NCBI RefSeq assembly: GCF_009914755.1
Contig: NC_060943.1
Source: the human T2T-CHM13v2.0 reference genome, Homo sapiens
Direction: 5' to 3' (one strand)
Length of the DNA stretch: 64,000 nucleotides
Every line of letters starts with the position of its first letter. Position 1 is the stretch's first letter. A program made the translations under genes and the position numbers. Below the pieces are notes generated by a model that searched no databases, was not told where the DNA came from, and was given only the letters and a program-made list of their open reading frames with translations. This document shows, piece after piece, positions 1 through 17,611 of this stretch.

Positions 1-397
1 TGCAAGTCTCCCACTCAACAGCCTCGCCCCCTCCCGTCGTGGCCCTGACCCCAGTGTCTAGACCATTCCACATCCCCTTGTCTTTGCCTGGCTATAGCTG
101 TCCCTGACATTCCAGAACCTGGTCCCTGGTTTTTCTTCTTTTCAGCCTGGCCCCTCAGGTCCCTGGAAGTCAAGGCCTGGCCTTCCCTGTGAAGGAGTCC
201 CGTCCGCTTGTTCTCCTGGCCCCCTTAGTTCCCAGCCCGGATTCTCTTGGACTGGTCCCTCTCGTCACATCTCAGGCTCAACCTGAGGCGCGGGGACCCC
301 CAGCTTCTGCCAGCCCTTGGGGAGCCCATCTCTGGAGATGGAACCAGACTTTGGCCTCAGGTCCCATTTTGCCCCAGAGTTACGATTTTTTTACTTA

Positions 398-590
398 GAG
401 CCATTGTTGTCAACCGAGGGGACGCTGGGTGATGTCTGGGGACATCTGTGGTTGTCACGACCACGGGTGCTCCTGGCATGGAGTGGGTGGAGGCCAGGGA
501 CGCTGCTCAATTCCCTGTAGTGCCCAGGACGGCCCCACCCCAGAGAACGATCCGGCCCTAATGTCCACAGTGTCCAGGGGAAGCGCCCTG
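398..590 (+). mobile_element. MER20 (hAT-Charlie DNA transposon relic)
   Basis: gatgtctggggacatctgtggttgtcac...gaggccaggga.gctgct...atccggccc resembles the MER20 consensus (from memory). Confidence 0.8.
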
Positions 591-1043
591 GGGCCACAGT
601 GGTGGTGTATAAACCCAAGGCCCAGGCTCTGGAGGGTGGGAGTGGAAGGCCAGAGGCTCCTCATGCAGTGACCGCGTTTTCCGTGCTGCTTGGGATTTTC
701 CCGGGGGAAGGGTCCTGACGGGCACCATCCTGTAGAATCGCCTCCATCTTTGCTGCCTGGCACAGGAGCCAGCAGCCACAGGAGGCTGCCGAGCCCCCAA
801 AGCGTGGCCTGTGCAACCGGGGGGCAGGATTTTCAGCGCTGCTTGAGGGTAATAAACGCAAGTAGCCACGCGTGCCTGCGGCTCTCATAGCGGCTTCCGT
901 GGGGTTTCCAGGGCAGTCTGCACCCCAAAGACCCCACTCCTAGAGCTCGAGATACCCTGTTCACACTCTTGGCATCTCCTGCCTGGTCCTCCAGCTCACC
1001 CGGCCTCCCTCCAGCCCCCCGGGCAGGTGTGATCTGGTGGCTG

Positions 1044-1189
1044 CTACACTGTCCCTGGGCAGGTGTGGGCCCCCTTTCTCTCCCCAAGAACCCACCCAGG
1101 GAATGCATGTTGGCGGCTCCCTACACTGTCCCTGGGCGGATGTGGGCCCCCTTTCTCTCCCCGCAAGTCCGCCCAGGGAATGCATGTTG
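1044..1189 (+). repeat. 77-bp tandem duplication
   Basis: ctacactgtccctgggc.g.tgtgggccccctttctctcccc...cccagggaatgcatgttg at 1044 and 1121. Confidence 0.9.
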
Positions 1190-2154
1190 TCTATCGAGTG
1201 AGCAGATGTCCCCCCGTTCCACGGCCAGACGGACGCCCTCTCCAGCCTCCTAGAGTCCCTCCCAGTTTCCTTGTGTGGCCTCTTGTTCTTCGCAGCCTCC
1301 TGACGTTCACCCCATTTTCCTTCCCCGATTCCCTCGGCCCCTTTTTGGTGGCGCCTCCCTCCCTTTCCCCTGCAGTCCTTTCTCTCTTTCCTCGCTTCTC
1401 TGGGGCCTTTGCCCACAATCCTGGGTTTTCTTCTGAGTCTTCTTTTCACTGGCCTCCTCCCCTGTACCCTCCTCCCTGGACCCCAGCTTTTCTTTCTCCT
1501 AGTGAGGAAGCTGGACGCAGCTTTCCCTGTATGTGGCATTCGCCCAGCTGGTCCGTGGGCTCCCGGGGTGAGCGGAGGAGCCCATGGGGCAGCCGCCCTG
1601 CCTCAGCCTCCATGCTCCTCATCTGCGCCCTGGGAAGCACAGTCCAGCTCTCGCAGGGTAGGCGAGGCCCAGCCAGCACACCCCTCTGTGTCACTCTGGC
1701 CGCCCCTGAGAGACTGGGAGTGGTTTGGGCCAGAGCCCTGCCGAGGACAGGCCCTTGAGAAGCCCCAGCGTGCTGCCTTTGAGGCCACCCTCCACCACCA
1801 TCTTCCCGGTGTGCTTTCACCCCCGGGCCCACTACCCGGAGGAGCTGCAACCCTTACTCGCTGGGGAGTCCTTTCCCAACTTCCTTCCTGCTGCTGTTGA
1901 GAGGCACAGGGCGGGGCGGTGCCCTTTGTGTTTGGGTGTGATCTGGGTCTCACTGGCCAGGTGCACAGCACCCCTCTCCTGGGAGTGGACTCTGGCCCTG
2001 CCGGGTGAAGGCTTTCTCGGCTCGGTGGCCGTTCACAGCAGGTGGGGCTCGTTGAGCTTATGGCCCATGTGAGGTGGGAACCTTAGCACCCCTTGGAGCG
2101 CCCAGCTCCCAGGACCCGTCAAGTCCATCAGACTTGCCAAAACTCCTTCATCTG

Positions 2155-2375
2155 GGATACAGCTAACTGCAGCCTGTAGGTCACGTCTGGCTCTCTGCCT
2201 GTTGTTGTTAATAAAGTTTTATCGGCACGCGGTCATGCCCATCCATTGGCATCTTGTCGCTGGCTGCTTCCACGCAGAAACAGCTGAGCCCAGTGATTGT
2301 GCCAGAGCCCTATGGCCCGAGAGGGGAAAGGTTGGCCGTCTGGCCCCCGATAGATAGACAGGTGCCCAGGCCACT
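2155..2375 (+). mobile_element. MER58A-like DNA transposon relic (further copies at ~4460-4643, ~7287-7487 and Alu-split ~10245-10920)
   Basis: Shared core cctgtt..tgtaaataaagttttattgg.aca...tggctgc...tctggcc. The last copy is split by Alus with target duplication tgtaaataaagtttt. Confidence 0.75.
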
Positions 2376-3819
2376 GTTCAGGTCCAGTCCTGTCACGCCA
2401 ACTGGTGACTTCTCTCAGGATGCCCGGTGCCCTCCATGGCGTCCACCACAAGTGGTCTCAGCCCATTCAGACGCGGGTCTGAGGGAGTTGGTGCTGGTTT
2501 CGCCTCCGCAGAGGGCCGTGTCCACACTAGCTTGTGGCCACCCGGCCCGACCCTGGCCCTCGAGGGAGGCTGGGGCCACCCAAGGCCATCTGTTCTCCTG
2601 GGGAGATGGGCCTTGGCCACAGAGAGCCCTTGCCATTGGGCCCCGAGCGAGCGGGGGCTGGGATCCAGAGGGCAGTGTGGCCTTGGCTGGTGCTGACGCG
2701 AGGCGGGGCTCCGATGGGCGGGGCTTCGGAATGGGAGGCCGTGGCCTTCAGGGAGCTCTGGGTGCTGGTGTCCCCCTCCGTTCCTCTGACTTGCTGCTGC
2801 TCCTTCCCTTCTCCCTCCTCGCTCACTCCCTATCCCGCCTGCGGGAGCTCGAGGCCCGGAGAACGGGGGTGCCTGCCAGTTGGCCTCATCTCCCGGCCCC
2901 AAAGGGGTGACATTCGAGTCACCCCTGGGAGGCCAGGGCATGTGGGGACAGGTGGGGTGCAGGGGAGGGGTGCTCCCAGCACTGCAGGAGCCCCAAGGAC
3001 TCCCTCGAGGTCTTTGCTGCCATGTCCCTGAGGGGCCTCCCAAGGGCAGAGGAAAGGCTCCCAGCAGGCCTGGTGATGTCAGGCTCTGAGAGGGGAGCAG
3101 GGGTGAGGCTGCTGGGCCTGGGGTGCGTGGGCCCCTGTGGCTCCTCCATCCCAGGCCTCAGAGCTGGTTCTCTGTGCCCACCTCCTTGTGCTGCACCCGA
3201 GACCCCGCCCATTCCCACCTGAGACCTGTGTCCCGCCTGTCCCCCCATGCACCCAGCTCAGCCCATCAGACACCCCGTTGGAGCAGGCTGCTTCCCTCCC
3301 ACCGCTTCCCAGACAGCACATTGCTGGACACAGAGCTGGGGACTCATGCACGCCCCTGGCCCCAAGCCCGAGGCTCAGCGCAGGCCCCGGGAAGAGCTGC
3401 GTCTGTGGGGAGATGAGAGAATGAGGGTCCCCAGCATCCAGCATCCACCTTCAGAGCGAGGCTGGCTCCCACGGGGACGCTGGAGTCGGTCCTGGGCATC
3501 GTGATTTTGAGTGCTTCCTGCACGGGTCTCACACGGGAGGCTCCGGGGCCCGCCCCCGGCCCCCCTGCGTCAGGCCTGTACCCGGCCCCCCTGCGTCAGG
3601 TCTGCTTGCGGGCTTTGCGTGGCATTCTGTTGGCTTGTGCAGCGCTGAGATGTTTTAGAGCGTTGCTTGTCTTTTAACATTTGGGTGATGTGACGTAAGA
3701 ATTGGGATTTCCGGCTTCTGGGGTGGTCCACTGAGGTCCGTGTCCCCAGCTGAACGTGGGTGGCCCTTTTAGAGGGGCCGGTGCTCTCCAGGGTCTTTCC
3801 AGGGCAACTCAGGTGGCCA

Positions 3820-3952
3820 TCGCGGTGTGTGGCGGGCAGCAGGGAGATCGTCGTGGTGCGTGGCGGGCAGCAGGGAGATCGTCGCGGTGTGTGGCGGGCA
3901 GCAGGGAGATCGTCGCGGTGCGTGGCGGGCAGCAGGGAGATCGTCGCGGTGC
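3820..3952 (+). repeat. 31-bp CpG-rich minisatellite, 4.3 copies
   Basis: Unit tcgcggtgtgtggcgggcagcagggagatcg. Confidence 0.95.
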
Positions 3953-4647
3953 TGAGACTTGCAGGGGTGAAGTGGCAGCAAGTGGGGGGTCCGTGTGCAG
4001 CTCAGGTGTGCGGAGCAGGGACCCCTGAGCTGCGTCTTGTTGGGTGGAGGACGTTTTGCTGAGAGAGGAGGGAAGAGCAGTCCCAGGAAGCAAAAGGCAG
4101 CGGCGAAACCAGAAGCCCTGGCGAGTTTCCAGAGCGGTGACCGTGGGGAGCGCCACCGCAGAAGTGAATAAGCCCGTGATGGAGCGACAGCCCCAGGCTC
4201 TCAGCGACGGCCGTGGCCTTCCAGGGAAGACCCCGCCTCGCCCCAGAGACACCATAGCCCAAGCTGCTGAGCCTTCTGCCACCCCAGCCCCTGGATTTCT
4301 AGAAAGCTTACGTGTCCAAGGCGCAGTAGGGTGGTCCTAGAGCAGGCGAGCCCGAGGGGCGCTCCATGCTGGTCTTGTGGCTCAACACAGGGGTTTAACC
4401 TGGGGCCCATCAACAGGCTTCAGGGGAGGGCCGTCCCCATCTGGGACCCCCTGTAACAGGAGTTGAATCCAGCCTGCCCTTGGCCTATTTAAGAGTTTTG
4501 TTGGCACACAGTCCCACTTGTTGGCTTACCTGTTGTATATGGCTGCACTCACCCTGCCTGCAGTTTTACAGCTGAGTGGTTGAGACACAGACCGGAAATA
4601 CTCACTCTCTGGCCTGTTGTAGAAGAGGTTTGCCGAGCCCTGGTCTA

Positions 4648-5117
<470 letters not shown>

Positions 5118-5289
5118 TTATGTCGGGGGCAGGCTGGGGGGACCCTGGGAGCTTCTCGAATCGGTGGTCTTCCAGGTTGTGGGCTGGGGCTGGGGCTGGG
5201 GCTGCTGAGTGGGTCCCTGGCCTGGATCTGTCCCCTCCCGTCGGCCTGGCCACCCGCCGAGGCTCACGACCCCGCCCCTGTGCCCACAG

Positions 5290-5480
5290 GCACACGGAAT
5301 GCAGTGCTGAACACGGAGGCGCGCACGATGGCGGCGGAGGTGCTGAGCCGCCGCTGCGTGCTCATGCGGCTACTGGACTTCTCCTACGAGCAGTACCAGA
5401 AGGCCCTGCGGCAGTCGGCGGGCGCCGTGGTCATCATCCTGCCCAGGGCCATGGCCGCCGTGCCCCAGGACGTCGTCCGG
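5290..5480 (+). CDS. NCLN: Nicalin coding exon 2 (GTRNAVLNTEARTMAAEVLSRRCVLMRLLDFSYEQYQKALRQSAGAVVIILPRAMAAVPQDVVR)
   Basis: cacag acceptor and gtgagc donor; 191 nt; translation matches nicalin as I recall it; phase 1 start. Exon 1 lies upstream of the window. Confidence 0.97.
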
Positions 5481-5611
5481 GTGAGCGTCTGCCCTGCCCC
5501 GCCCGGCTCAGGTCCAGAGCTGCGGCGGGAGTTGGAGGCAACTGTGTGACCCTAGGCGGGTCACTTCGCCTCTCTGAGCCCTTTGGAAAGTAGGATGGAC
5601 TGTTCCCCTGC

Positions 5612-5805
5612 TCCATTGATCTCCAAGGGGTGATTCTGTCTTCAGAGGACGCTGGGTGATGACCGGAGGTGTTCAGGGAGGGCCGCTCCGGGCGTGGAGT
5701 GGATGGAGGCCAGGGATACTGCTCAGCACCCTGCAGTGCCCAGGACGGCCCCGCCCCAGACAGTGATCTGGCCCCAGGGTCCACAGGGCTGCGCAGGAGA
5801 ACCTG
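5612..5805 (+). mobile_element. MER20
   Basis: Aligns with the 398-590 copy. Confidence 0.75.
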
Positions 5806-5950
5806 CCTAGAGTGAACAAGACCTGGTAGAATCCAGCAGACGCCCTGGGTGAAGATACTTTTGCAGATGAGAAGGGGTGGGTGGGTTGGGGGAAGCCCTG
5901 GTTTTCTGTGAGTGCCTCATGGTTCATGCCGCCCTCTGAGGGCCTGCCTG

Positions 5951-6086
5951 CCCTCCAGGGACAGTCACTGGGCCCCCTGCTACCCCCTCCAGGGACAGTC
6001 AGTGGGCCCCCTGCTACCCCCTCCAGGGACAGTCACTGGGCCCCCTGCTACCCCCACCAGGGACAGTCACTGGGCCCCCTGCTACC
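5951..6086 (+). repeat. 34-bp minisatellite, 4 copies
   Basis: Unit ccctccagggacagtcactgggccccctgctacc. Confidence 0.95.
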
Positions 6087-6137
6087 TTGCCACCCCCACC
6101 AGGCCAGCAGCCCCCTAAGTGTGTGTCTGCTCCACAG

Positions 6138-6282
6138 CAATTCATGGAGATCGAGCCGGAGATGCTGGCCATGGAGACCGCCGTCCCCGTGTACTTTGCC
6201 GTGGAGGACGAGGCCCTGCTGTCTATCTACAAGCAGACCCAGGCTGCCTCCGCCTCCCAGGGCTCCGCCTCTGCTGCTGAAG
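6138..6282 (+). CDS. NCLN: Nicalin coding exon 3 (QFMEIEPEMLAMETAVPVYFAVEDEALLSIYKQTQAASASQGSASAAE)
   Basis: ctccacag acceptor, G|gtgtgc donor; 145 nt; in frame with exons 2 and 4. Confidence 0.97.
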
Positions 6283-6980
6283 GTGTGCTCTGGGCTGCAG
6301 GGACGGGGCCCGTGGGCGTGGGTGTGGGGAGGCGTCCCCGTCCCAAGGGCTGCGGTCACCCTGGGCTGTTTCTGCTCTCAGCGTGTGGCATCCCTTCGCC
6401 GGGGTTAACAGTGGGGGTTCCTGGGCCCCGTGTGGACCTGCTACATCACCACCTCCGGGCTGGGACCTGGGACTCTGCATTTTTGCAGCCGCCTGTCCCC
6501 CCTCCCAGCTGCTGGCTCTGTGCACACGAAAGACCAGAACCACGGACTCAGGAGGAGCCTTTCCGATCCTCAGGGGCTCGGGGTTTATGAAACACACGGG
6601 CATCTGTTCAGTTCTCTACCTGCCAAGGACATTCTCAGCATCACATCTCGAGTGGGCGGCGTGGGTGCGTCGGCGGTGTCCTTACGGAGAAGGGGCACAC
6701 GCCTTTCCTCCAGCCCCGTGAACGGGGGCCCTGGCAGCGAACTCAGAGCAGGAACCCGGAGCTCTGTGGTGGGACCTGTGGTGGGGAAAGATGGGAGTTG
6801 CCGCTGTGGAGAGTGAGGAGAAAGAGGAACTGGAGAAGCCAGCTGAGGGGCTTGCCCGGGGCTGTCATCAGCTACTGGGGGAGCAGGGCTGAGAAGGGAG
6901 GCCAGAGCCCAGGGCCGCAGAGAACAGGCAGGTGTGTCCTGGCCCAGCCCCAACAAAAACAGTTTGGTGCTGTGGTTTCA

Positions 6981-8660
<1,680 letters not shown>

Positions 8661-9036
8661 TGTGTTTTTAAAATGCTTTAAAGCACAGAAGTGCGGACTC
8701 AAAGTTGTGTGAACTCACAGGCATTTTCGGGCAGGTCCTGGCCCTAAGTCCCTAAGTGAACAGCTGTTATTGAGGGCCCGGGAGGAAAGGATCAGAATGG
8801 CATGGAGGAGAAATTCCCCAGCAGAACGTTCCAGAAAGGAGATGTGAATAATTTCGAGAGAAGGTTGTCCTAGGGGGAGCACGGGCATCCTGTGGTATCG
8901 AAATCTGCTGGTCACGTCCCCACACCCGGCTGGTTGGCTCTGCCCGAGCCCCCAACCTGGGGTGTCAGTGCTGGGGACGCCCCCTGGCTGGGGCCCTGGC
9001 TGGGCCAAGGCTGATGCGCCCTCTCCCTCTCCCTAG

Positions 9037-9131
9037 TACTGCTGCGCACGGCCACTGCCAACGGCTTCCAGATGGTCACCAGCGGGGTACAGAGCAAGGC
9101 CGTGAGTGACTGGCTGATTGCCAGCGTGGAG
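9037..9131 (+). CDS. NCLN: Nicalin coding exon 4 (VLLRTATANGFQMVTSGVQSKAVSDWLIASVE)
   Basis: Pyrimidine tract plus tag acceptor, gtgagt donor; 95 nt. Confidence 0.97.
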
Positions 9132-10281
9132 GTGAGTGCCGCCTGCCCCGGAGCCAGCCCCACGTCCCCAGGGGTTCCTGCCATCCGCCTGGCTCCCCGG
9201 CTCGGCCGTACTAGAGGGGAGCCGCTGATGGGAAACTGGAGTCGGATCGCCCCCCTGCCTGGCTGAAAACCTCCTGTGGCTCCGCTGGCAGCTGCAGGAA
9301 CCCAAACTCCTCACATGGCCGGGGAGTCGCTCTGTGGAGTGCCCAGGCCCCTGCCAGCCCCCGGCCCATCTCCTTCCTTCCATCATGGACCCCCACACAC
9401 CAAGCCGCTGCCTCCCACCCCAGGGCCTTTGCACCGGCTGCCCCTCCCAGGAAGCCCCCTCCAGGCTGCAGTGTCGCCAGCCCCCTCTCATCACATAACC
9501 TCACCCGTCAGCCCAGACGCTGCGTCCTCACAGACCCTTCCGAGCACCCCGGGATATCAGCAGAGTCAAGAGAGGGTGGGGAGCTGCCGGTGCGGAAGTA
9601 GCCTCTCGGATCATCAGGGCAGATCCAGAGGGTGAAGCCTGTGTCACTGCTGCTGCAGCACTGGCAGGGGCCTTAAAACCCGAGGAAGCACCCACCGACT
9701 CCTCTAGCATTTCCCTGCGGGACGGCGCCGGTGAGGGGTGCAGATGAGTCCACACAGATGAGGGGTTGCCTCACTGTCGGGGGAGCCCTGAACAAGACGT
9801 GCTTGCTGTTTTGGGGACCCAGGCCTTGTTGGGGGGTGCCCGAGTGGAAAAGCAGCGGCTTAGGCCGGGGTGGGGAAAGTGTCCTGGAGGCCCCGGCTCC
9901 CCATAGACAGGCCTTGGCGGAGGAGCCCTGGGGTTTGTCGATGGCGGCTGTTCTGTTTGTTCCTGTTGGATTGTACTGTGGGCCCGGGAGGCGCGTCCTA
10001 TTCCCAGCGCCAGTTAGTGTGCAGTGAGACCCGGTAGCCTGGCCTGCGTCACTCCACAGTGGCACAGGCGCTGGGCTCCGCATCCCATGGGGCCATGTCG
10101 ATTCCCTTTCCCCTGGCTGTGCCCTTTCTCCTGTGAGCAGAGCCCTCTTGGCAGCTGGGCTTTGAGTTCAGCCGTTGAAGGATCTCCAAGTGGAAAAGCA
10201 TGTTGCAAAAACAGCAAGTAGACTCCCACAGCCAGACGGGGAGTCCCCAGGCCACAGCCGGCCCTCTACCTGCTTTTGTAA

Positions 10282-13468
<3,187 letters not shown>

Positions 13469-13484
13469 CAAATTTATTTTTTGA

Positions 13485-13770
13485 GATAATGATAGAACAT
13501 AAAGTTCACCATTTTAGAGCGTACGAGTGGGTTTTAGTACATCCAAAGTTGTACGGTCTCCACCTCTAATTCCAGAACATTCCATCACCCCAAAAAGCAG
13601 CCCCTCCCCATCAGCAGTCACTCCTGGTCCCCTCCCCAGCCCCAGAACCCCAGCATGTGCGCATCCGTCCCAGTGCCTGTGGACTGGCCTGTTGGACGGG
13701 TCCTATGAACAGATCCTACACTGTGGACAAAGTCTTTTGGATCTGGCTTCTCTCACTGAGGAGGGTGTTT
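13485..13770 (-). mobile_element. L1MB-like 3' end fragment
   Basis: acataaagttcaccattttagagcgtac...ttccatcaccccaaaaag; typical antisense L1M 3' UTR. Confidence 0.7.
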
Positions 13771-14382
13771 ATTGTCCCCCTGAATTCAGTGCCACCGAGG
13801 TCCCCTTTATATGCTGTGGCCTTGGGACGGTCCCAAGCCATTGCAATGTCCAAGAAACAGTGTGGCCTTATTGAGAATGCTGCTTTAGATCACAAAGGTG
13901 CATCCAAGGGCGGGAAGGGCATGTGGTCGGGCTGTGCAGGTCTCTCCACAGCCGGGGCTCGAGGGTGGAAGGGTGGGTCCCACAGAGGGGACCCCGCACA
14001 GAGACCAGGGCTGGACAGATGCTGCCCTCTGTGAGCGAATCTGGCCTGGCCCTGGGCTCCAAATTCTGCATGTAGCTTCTCCCGGGCGCGGGCCGAGCCG
14101 AGGTGGATGAGGAGAGTCCTGGGCTTGGCGGGGCCCCGCAGACCCCAGGCCATCAGTCGGGGATTGAATACAGGAGGGGAGCGACCACAGCTGCCCACTG
14201 GACGTGGCAGAGGGGCTGGGGGACAGCACAGAGATGACCGTGGCTGCTGTGGGCAGAGGTCATGGGGCTACGGGAGTAGGGTGGGGGTGACGGAGAGATG
14301 ACTGTGGCTGCTGTGGGCGGAGGTCATGGGGTGCGGGAGCCAGGCGGGGGTGACTGTGGCCTTGCCTCTCCCGTCCCTGTAG

Positions 14383-14486
14383 TGGCTGTCGCTGGGCGCG
14401 GACTCCAACGGGAGCGGCGTCTCTGTGCTGCTGGAGCTGGCACGCCTCTTCTCCCGGCTCTACACCTACAAGCGCACGCACGCCGC
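14383..14486 (+). CDS. NCLN: Nicalin coding exon 6 (WLSLGADSNGSGVSVLLELARLFSRLYTYKRTHAA)
   Basis: cctgtag acceptor, gtgagt donor; 104 nt; degenerate M28 GADDNxSG motif. Confidence 0.97.
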
Positions 14487-14784
14487 GTGAGTGCCGGGGT
14501 GGGCAGGGGGATGGGGGTGCGGGGGCCACACTGCCGGACAGCGCTGCCCACCAGGCGCCTCTGCAGATGTTTCTCTGGAGCCTCCTGGCCCCAAAGTGGG
14601 CCTGAGCCCAGGAATTGGGGCGCCTTATTTATCGAGGGCTAAGCTGAGCCCTCGCAGGCTCTGTCTCTTGGAGTCCCACAGGGCCCAGCTGCTGCTCACC
14701 CCAGGAACCTGCTGGGAATGCTGTCAGCTGCAAGTGTTAGAGACGCCCGGTTAAGGGCCCTGGAACTAGGGGATCCCCTCAGCC

Positions 14785-14968
14785 CTGTGTGGTCGGGGCC
14801 GGATTTTTCGCTGGGGGTGGGGGCCGTCCTGGGCACTGCAGGGCGCTGAGCAGCATCCCTGCCCCACTCACTCCATGCCAGGAACACGCCATAGTCATGA
14901 TAGCCACAGGTGCCCTCCGACATCACCCACTGTCCGCTGGGGGCAGAAGCACCCCTGGTTGAGACCCC
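14785..14968 (-). mobile_element. MER20 (a second partial minus-strand copy lies at ~15255-15370)
   Basis: Reverse complement aligns with the other MER20 copies. Confidence 0.75.
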
Positions 14969-15894
14969 CCTGGGTTAGGGAATTCCACGGGCCCCCGAGA
15001 GACTATGTCCCGTGATCATCTGCCCCGCTGAGGTCCCAGGAGGCTGCACACATTGAAATCCACACCCTGAGTAGGAAGGGAGAGAGGAGGTGAATCCCAG
15101 GAGCTGGGGTCCCCCTGGTTTATCCCGTCTACCCCGTTGGGAGTTTATCCTGGTGTCTGGTGTGAGCAGGGGGCAGACTTGATTTTTCCCCAGATAATGA
15201 ATGCAGGCTTCGTCCCCGTGGCCCTGTGGATGTCTTCTGTGCATGACTCTCTCCTGGGTGCCACCCACTCCATCCCAGGAGCACCCCCAGACGTAGCAAC
15301 CACAGATGTCTCCAGACATGACTGTGTCTCCTGTGCGGGGTGGGGTAGAATCACCTCCGGGTGAGACCCCGGCCCAGTCACCTGCTCCCGAGATGGTACT
15401 GCTGCAGTCATTGTGTCAGCAGCTCAGAGAGGCCAGGGCCACTGTGGCTGAGACGTTTCTCAGCCTTCTCACAGTCACAAGGCGCCGGGAGTCATGTCCT
15501 GGTTCAGGCAGGAACTTGGACTCGAACTCCTGGCCTCAAGCGATCCTCCTGCCTCAGCCTCCTAAAGCACTAGGATTACAGGTGTGAGCCACCATGTCCA
15601 GCCAAAACTTGTTTTTTTTTTTTTAAGCTGCAGAACCTCTTCCCCCAGCCCCCCACTGATGCCTTTTGAGAAGCTCATGCTGTCAAAAACGTGTGAACGG
15701 GGCTGGTTTCTGCCAGGCCTGGGGGCTTCTTGGCAGCTGGGGAGAGGTTGGGTTTCTGGGGCAGAGGGAAACTGGGTTGGAGAGAGTCCGGGGCAGATGT
15801 GGGAAGATGGGGGTAGGGGGCGTGCTGAGCAGTTTCCTTCTCTGACTCTGGTGACCCTTCTAATAGCCAAGGCTGTGTTCCATTAGAATTTTTG

Positions 15895-16470
<576 letters not shown>

Positions 16471-16615
16471 TCATGCCCCGCCCTAAGGGGCTGGTCAGGA
16501 TTTCCTGCTTTGGGGAGACCTTCATACCCTTCCTGGGGGACCTGTGACCTGGCCTGGTCCCTCCTCCACCCCAGGCGCTTGCCCGTCAAAGCTAACACTG
16601 GGTCTTCCCTCCCAG

Positions 16616-16704
16616 CTACAACCTCCTGTTCTTTGCGTCTGGAGGAGGCAAGTTTAACTACCAGGGAACCAAGCGCTGGCTGGAAGACAACCTGGACCAC
16701 ACAG
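16616..16704 (+). CDS. NCLN: Nicalin coding exon 7 (YNLLFFASGGGKFNYQGTKRWLEDNLDHT)
   Basis: cttccctcccag acceptor, gtgagc donor; 89 nt. Confidence 0.97.
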
Positions 16705-16864
16705 GTGAGCGGCCCCGGGTGGGGGTGGGGGTGCCGCGGTGGTGGTGCCGTGGGGAGGCACGGAGGCCCAGGGGTTGCCATGGGGGCAGCCAGGAGGCAC
16801 AGAGGGAGGGCCGGGGGCCACTTCCTGGTCCCCACCCACCCCGCCAGCTCTCGGTGTCCTGCAG

Positions 16865-17004
16865 ACTCCAGCCTGCTTCAGGACAATGTGGCCTTCGTGC
16901 TGTGCCTGGACACCGTGGGCCGGGGCAGCAGCCTGCACCTGCACGTGTCCAAGCCGCCTCGGGAGGGCACCCTGCAGCACGCCTTCCTGCGGGAGCTGGA
17001 GACG
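16865..17004 (+). CDS. NCLN: Nicalin coding exon 8 (DSSLLQDNVAFVLCLDTVGRGSSLHLHVSKPPREGTLQHAFLRELET)
   Basis: cctgcag acceptor, gtgggt donor; 140 nt. Confidence 0.97.
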
Positions 17005-17031
17005 GTGGGTGCCCCTTTCACGGATGGGTCC

Positions 17032-17240
17032 GGGGCTCTGCGGAGCACACACATCGGGGCCGGGTTGGGGCATCCTGTCCCAGGGTGTCCTTGCTGTCCG
17101 CCCCTCAGGCTCTGAGGGCCACACTGTGTCGGGGTCGGGCTGGGGTGTTCTGTCCTGGGGTGTCCTTGCTGTCCAACCCCGGGGCTCTGAGGGGCACACT
17201 GCGTCAGGGCCGGGCTGGGGTGTCCTGTCCCAGAGTGTCC
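17032..17240 (+). repeat. Degenerate ~75-bp tandem repeat, ~3 copies, NCLN intron 8
   Basis: ggctctg.gg.gcacac...gggc(c/t)ggg(t/c)tgggg..tcctgtcc..gggtgtccttgctgtcc recurs. Confidence 0.8.
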
Positions 17241-17432
17241 CCTTGTCCCTCCTTACCCACTGCTCATTGCCCGCCGGGGCTCCAGCAGGCCTTAGGGGGA
17301 CCCCGGGGGCAGGTGGATTTCTCCTCATTTTGCACCCTCGGGGGTTCTGGGAGGCCCCTGGAGCATTTGGGGAATGGGCTGGGGTGGCCGCCATCCCCGC
17401 CTGCCCTCTGCTAATGGCGCCTCCGGCTGCAG

Positions 17433-17611
17433 GTGGCCGCGCACCAGTTCCCTGAGGTACGGTTCTCCATGGTGCACAAGCGGATCAACCTGGCGGAGGA
17501 CGTGCTGGCCTGGGAGCACGAGCGCTTCGCCATCCGCCGACTGCCCGCCTTCACGCTGTCCCACCTGGAGAGCCACCGTGACGGCCAGCGCAGCAGCATC
17601 ATGGACGTGCG
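17433..17611 (+). CDS. NCLN: Nicalin coding exon 9 ([60 protein letters not shown])
   Basis: ctaat branch-like motif, ctgcag acceptor, gtgagc donor; 179 nt. Confidence 0.97.
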
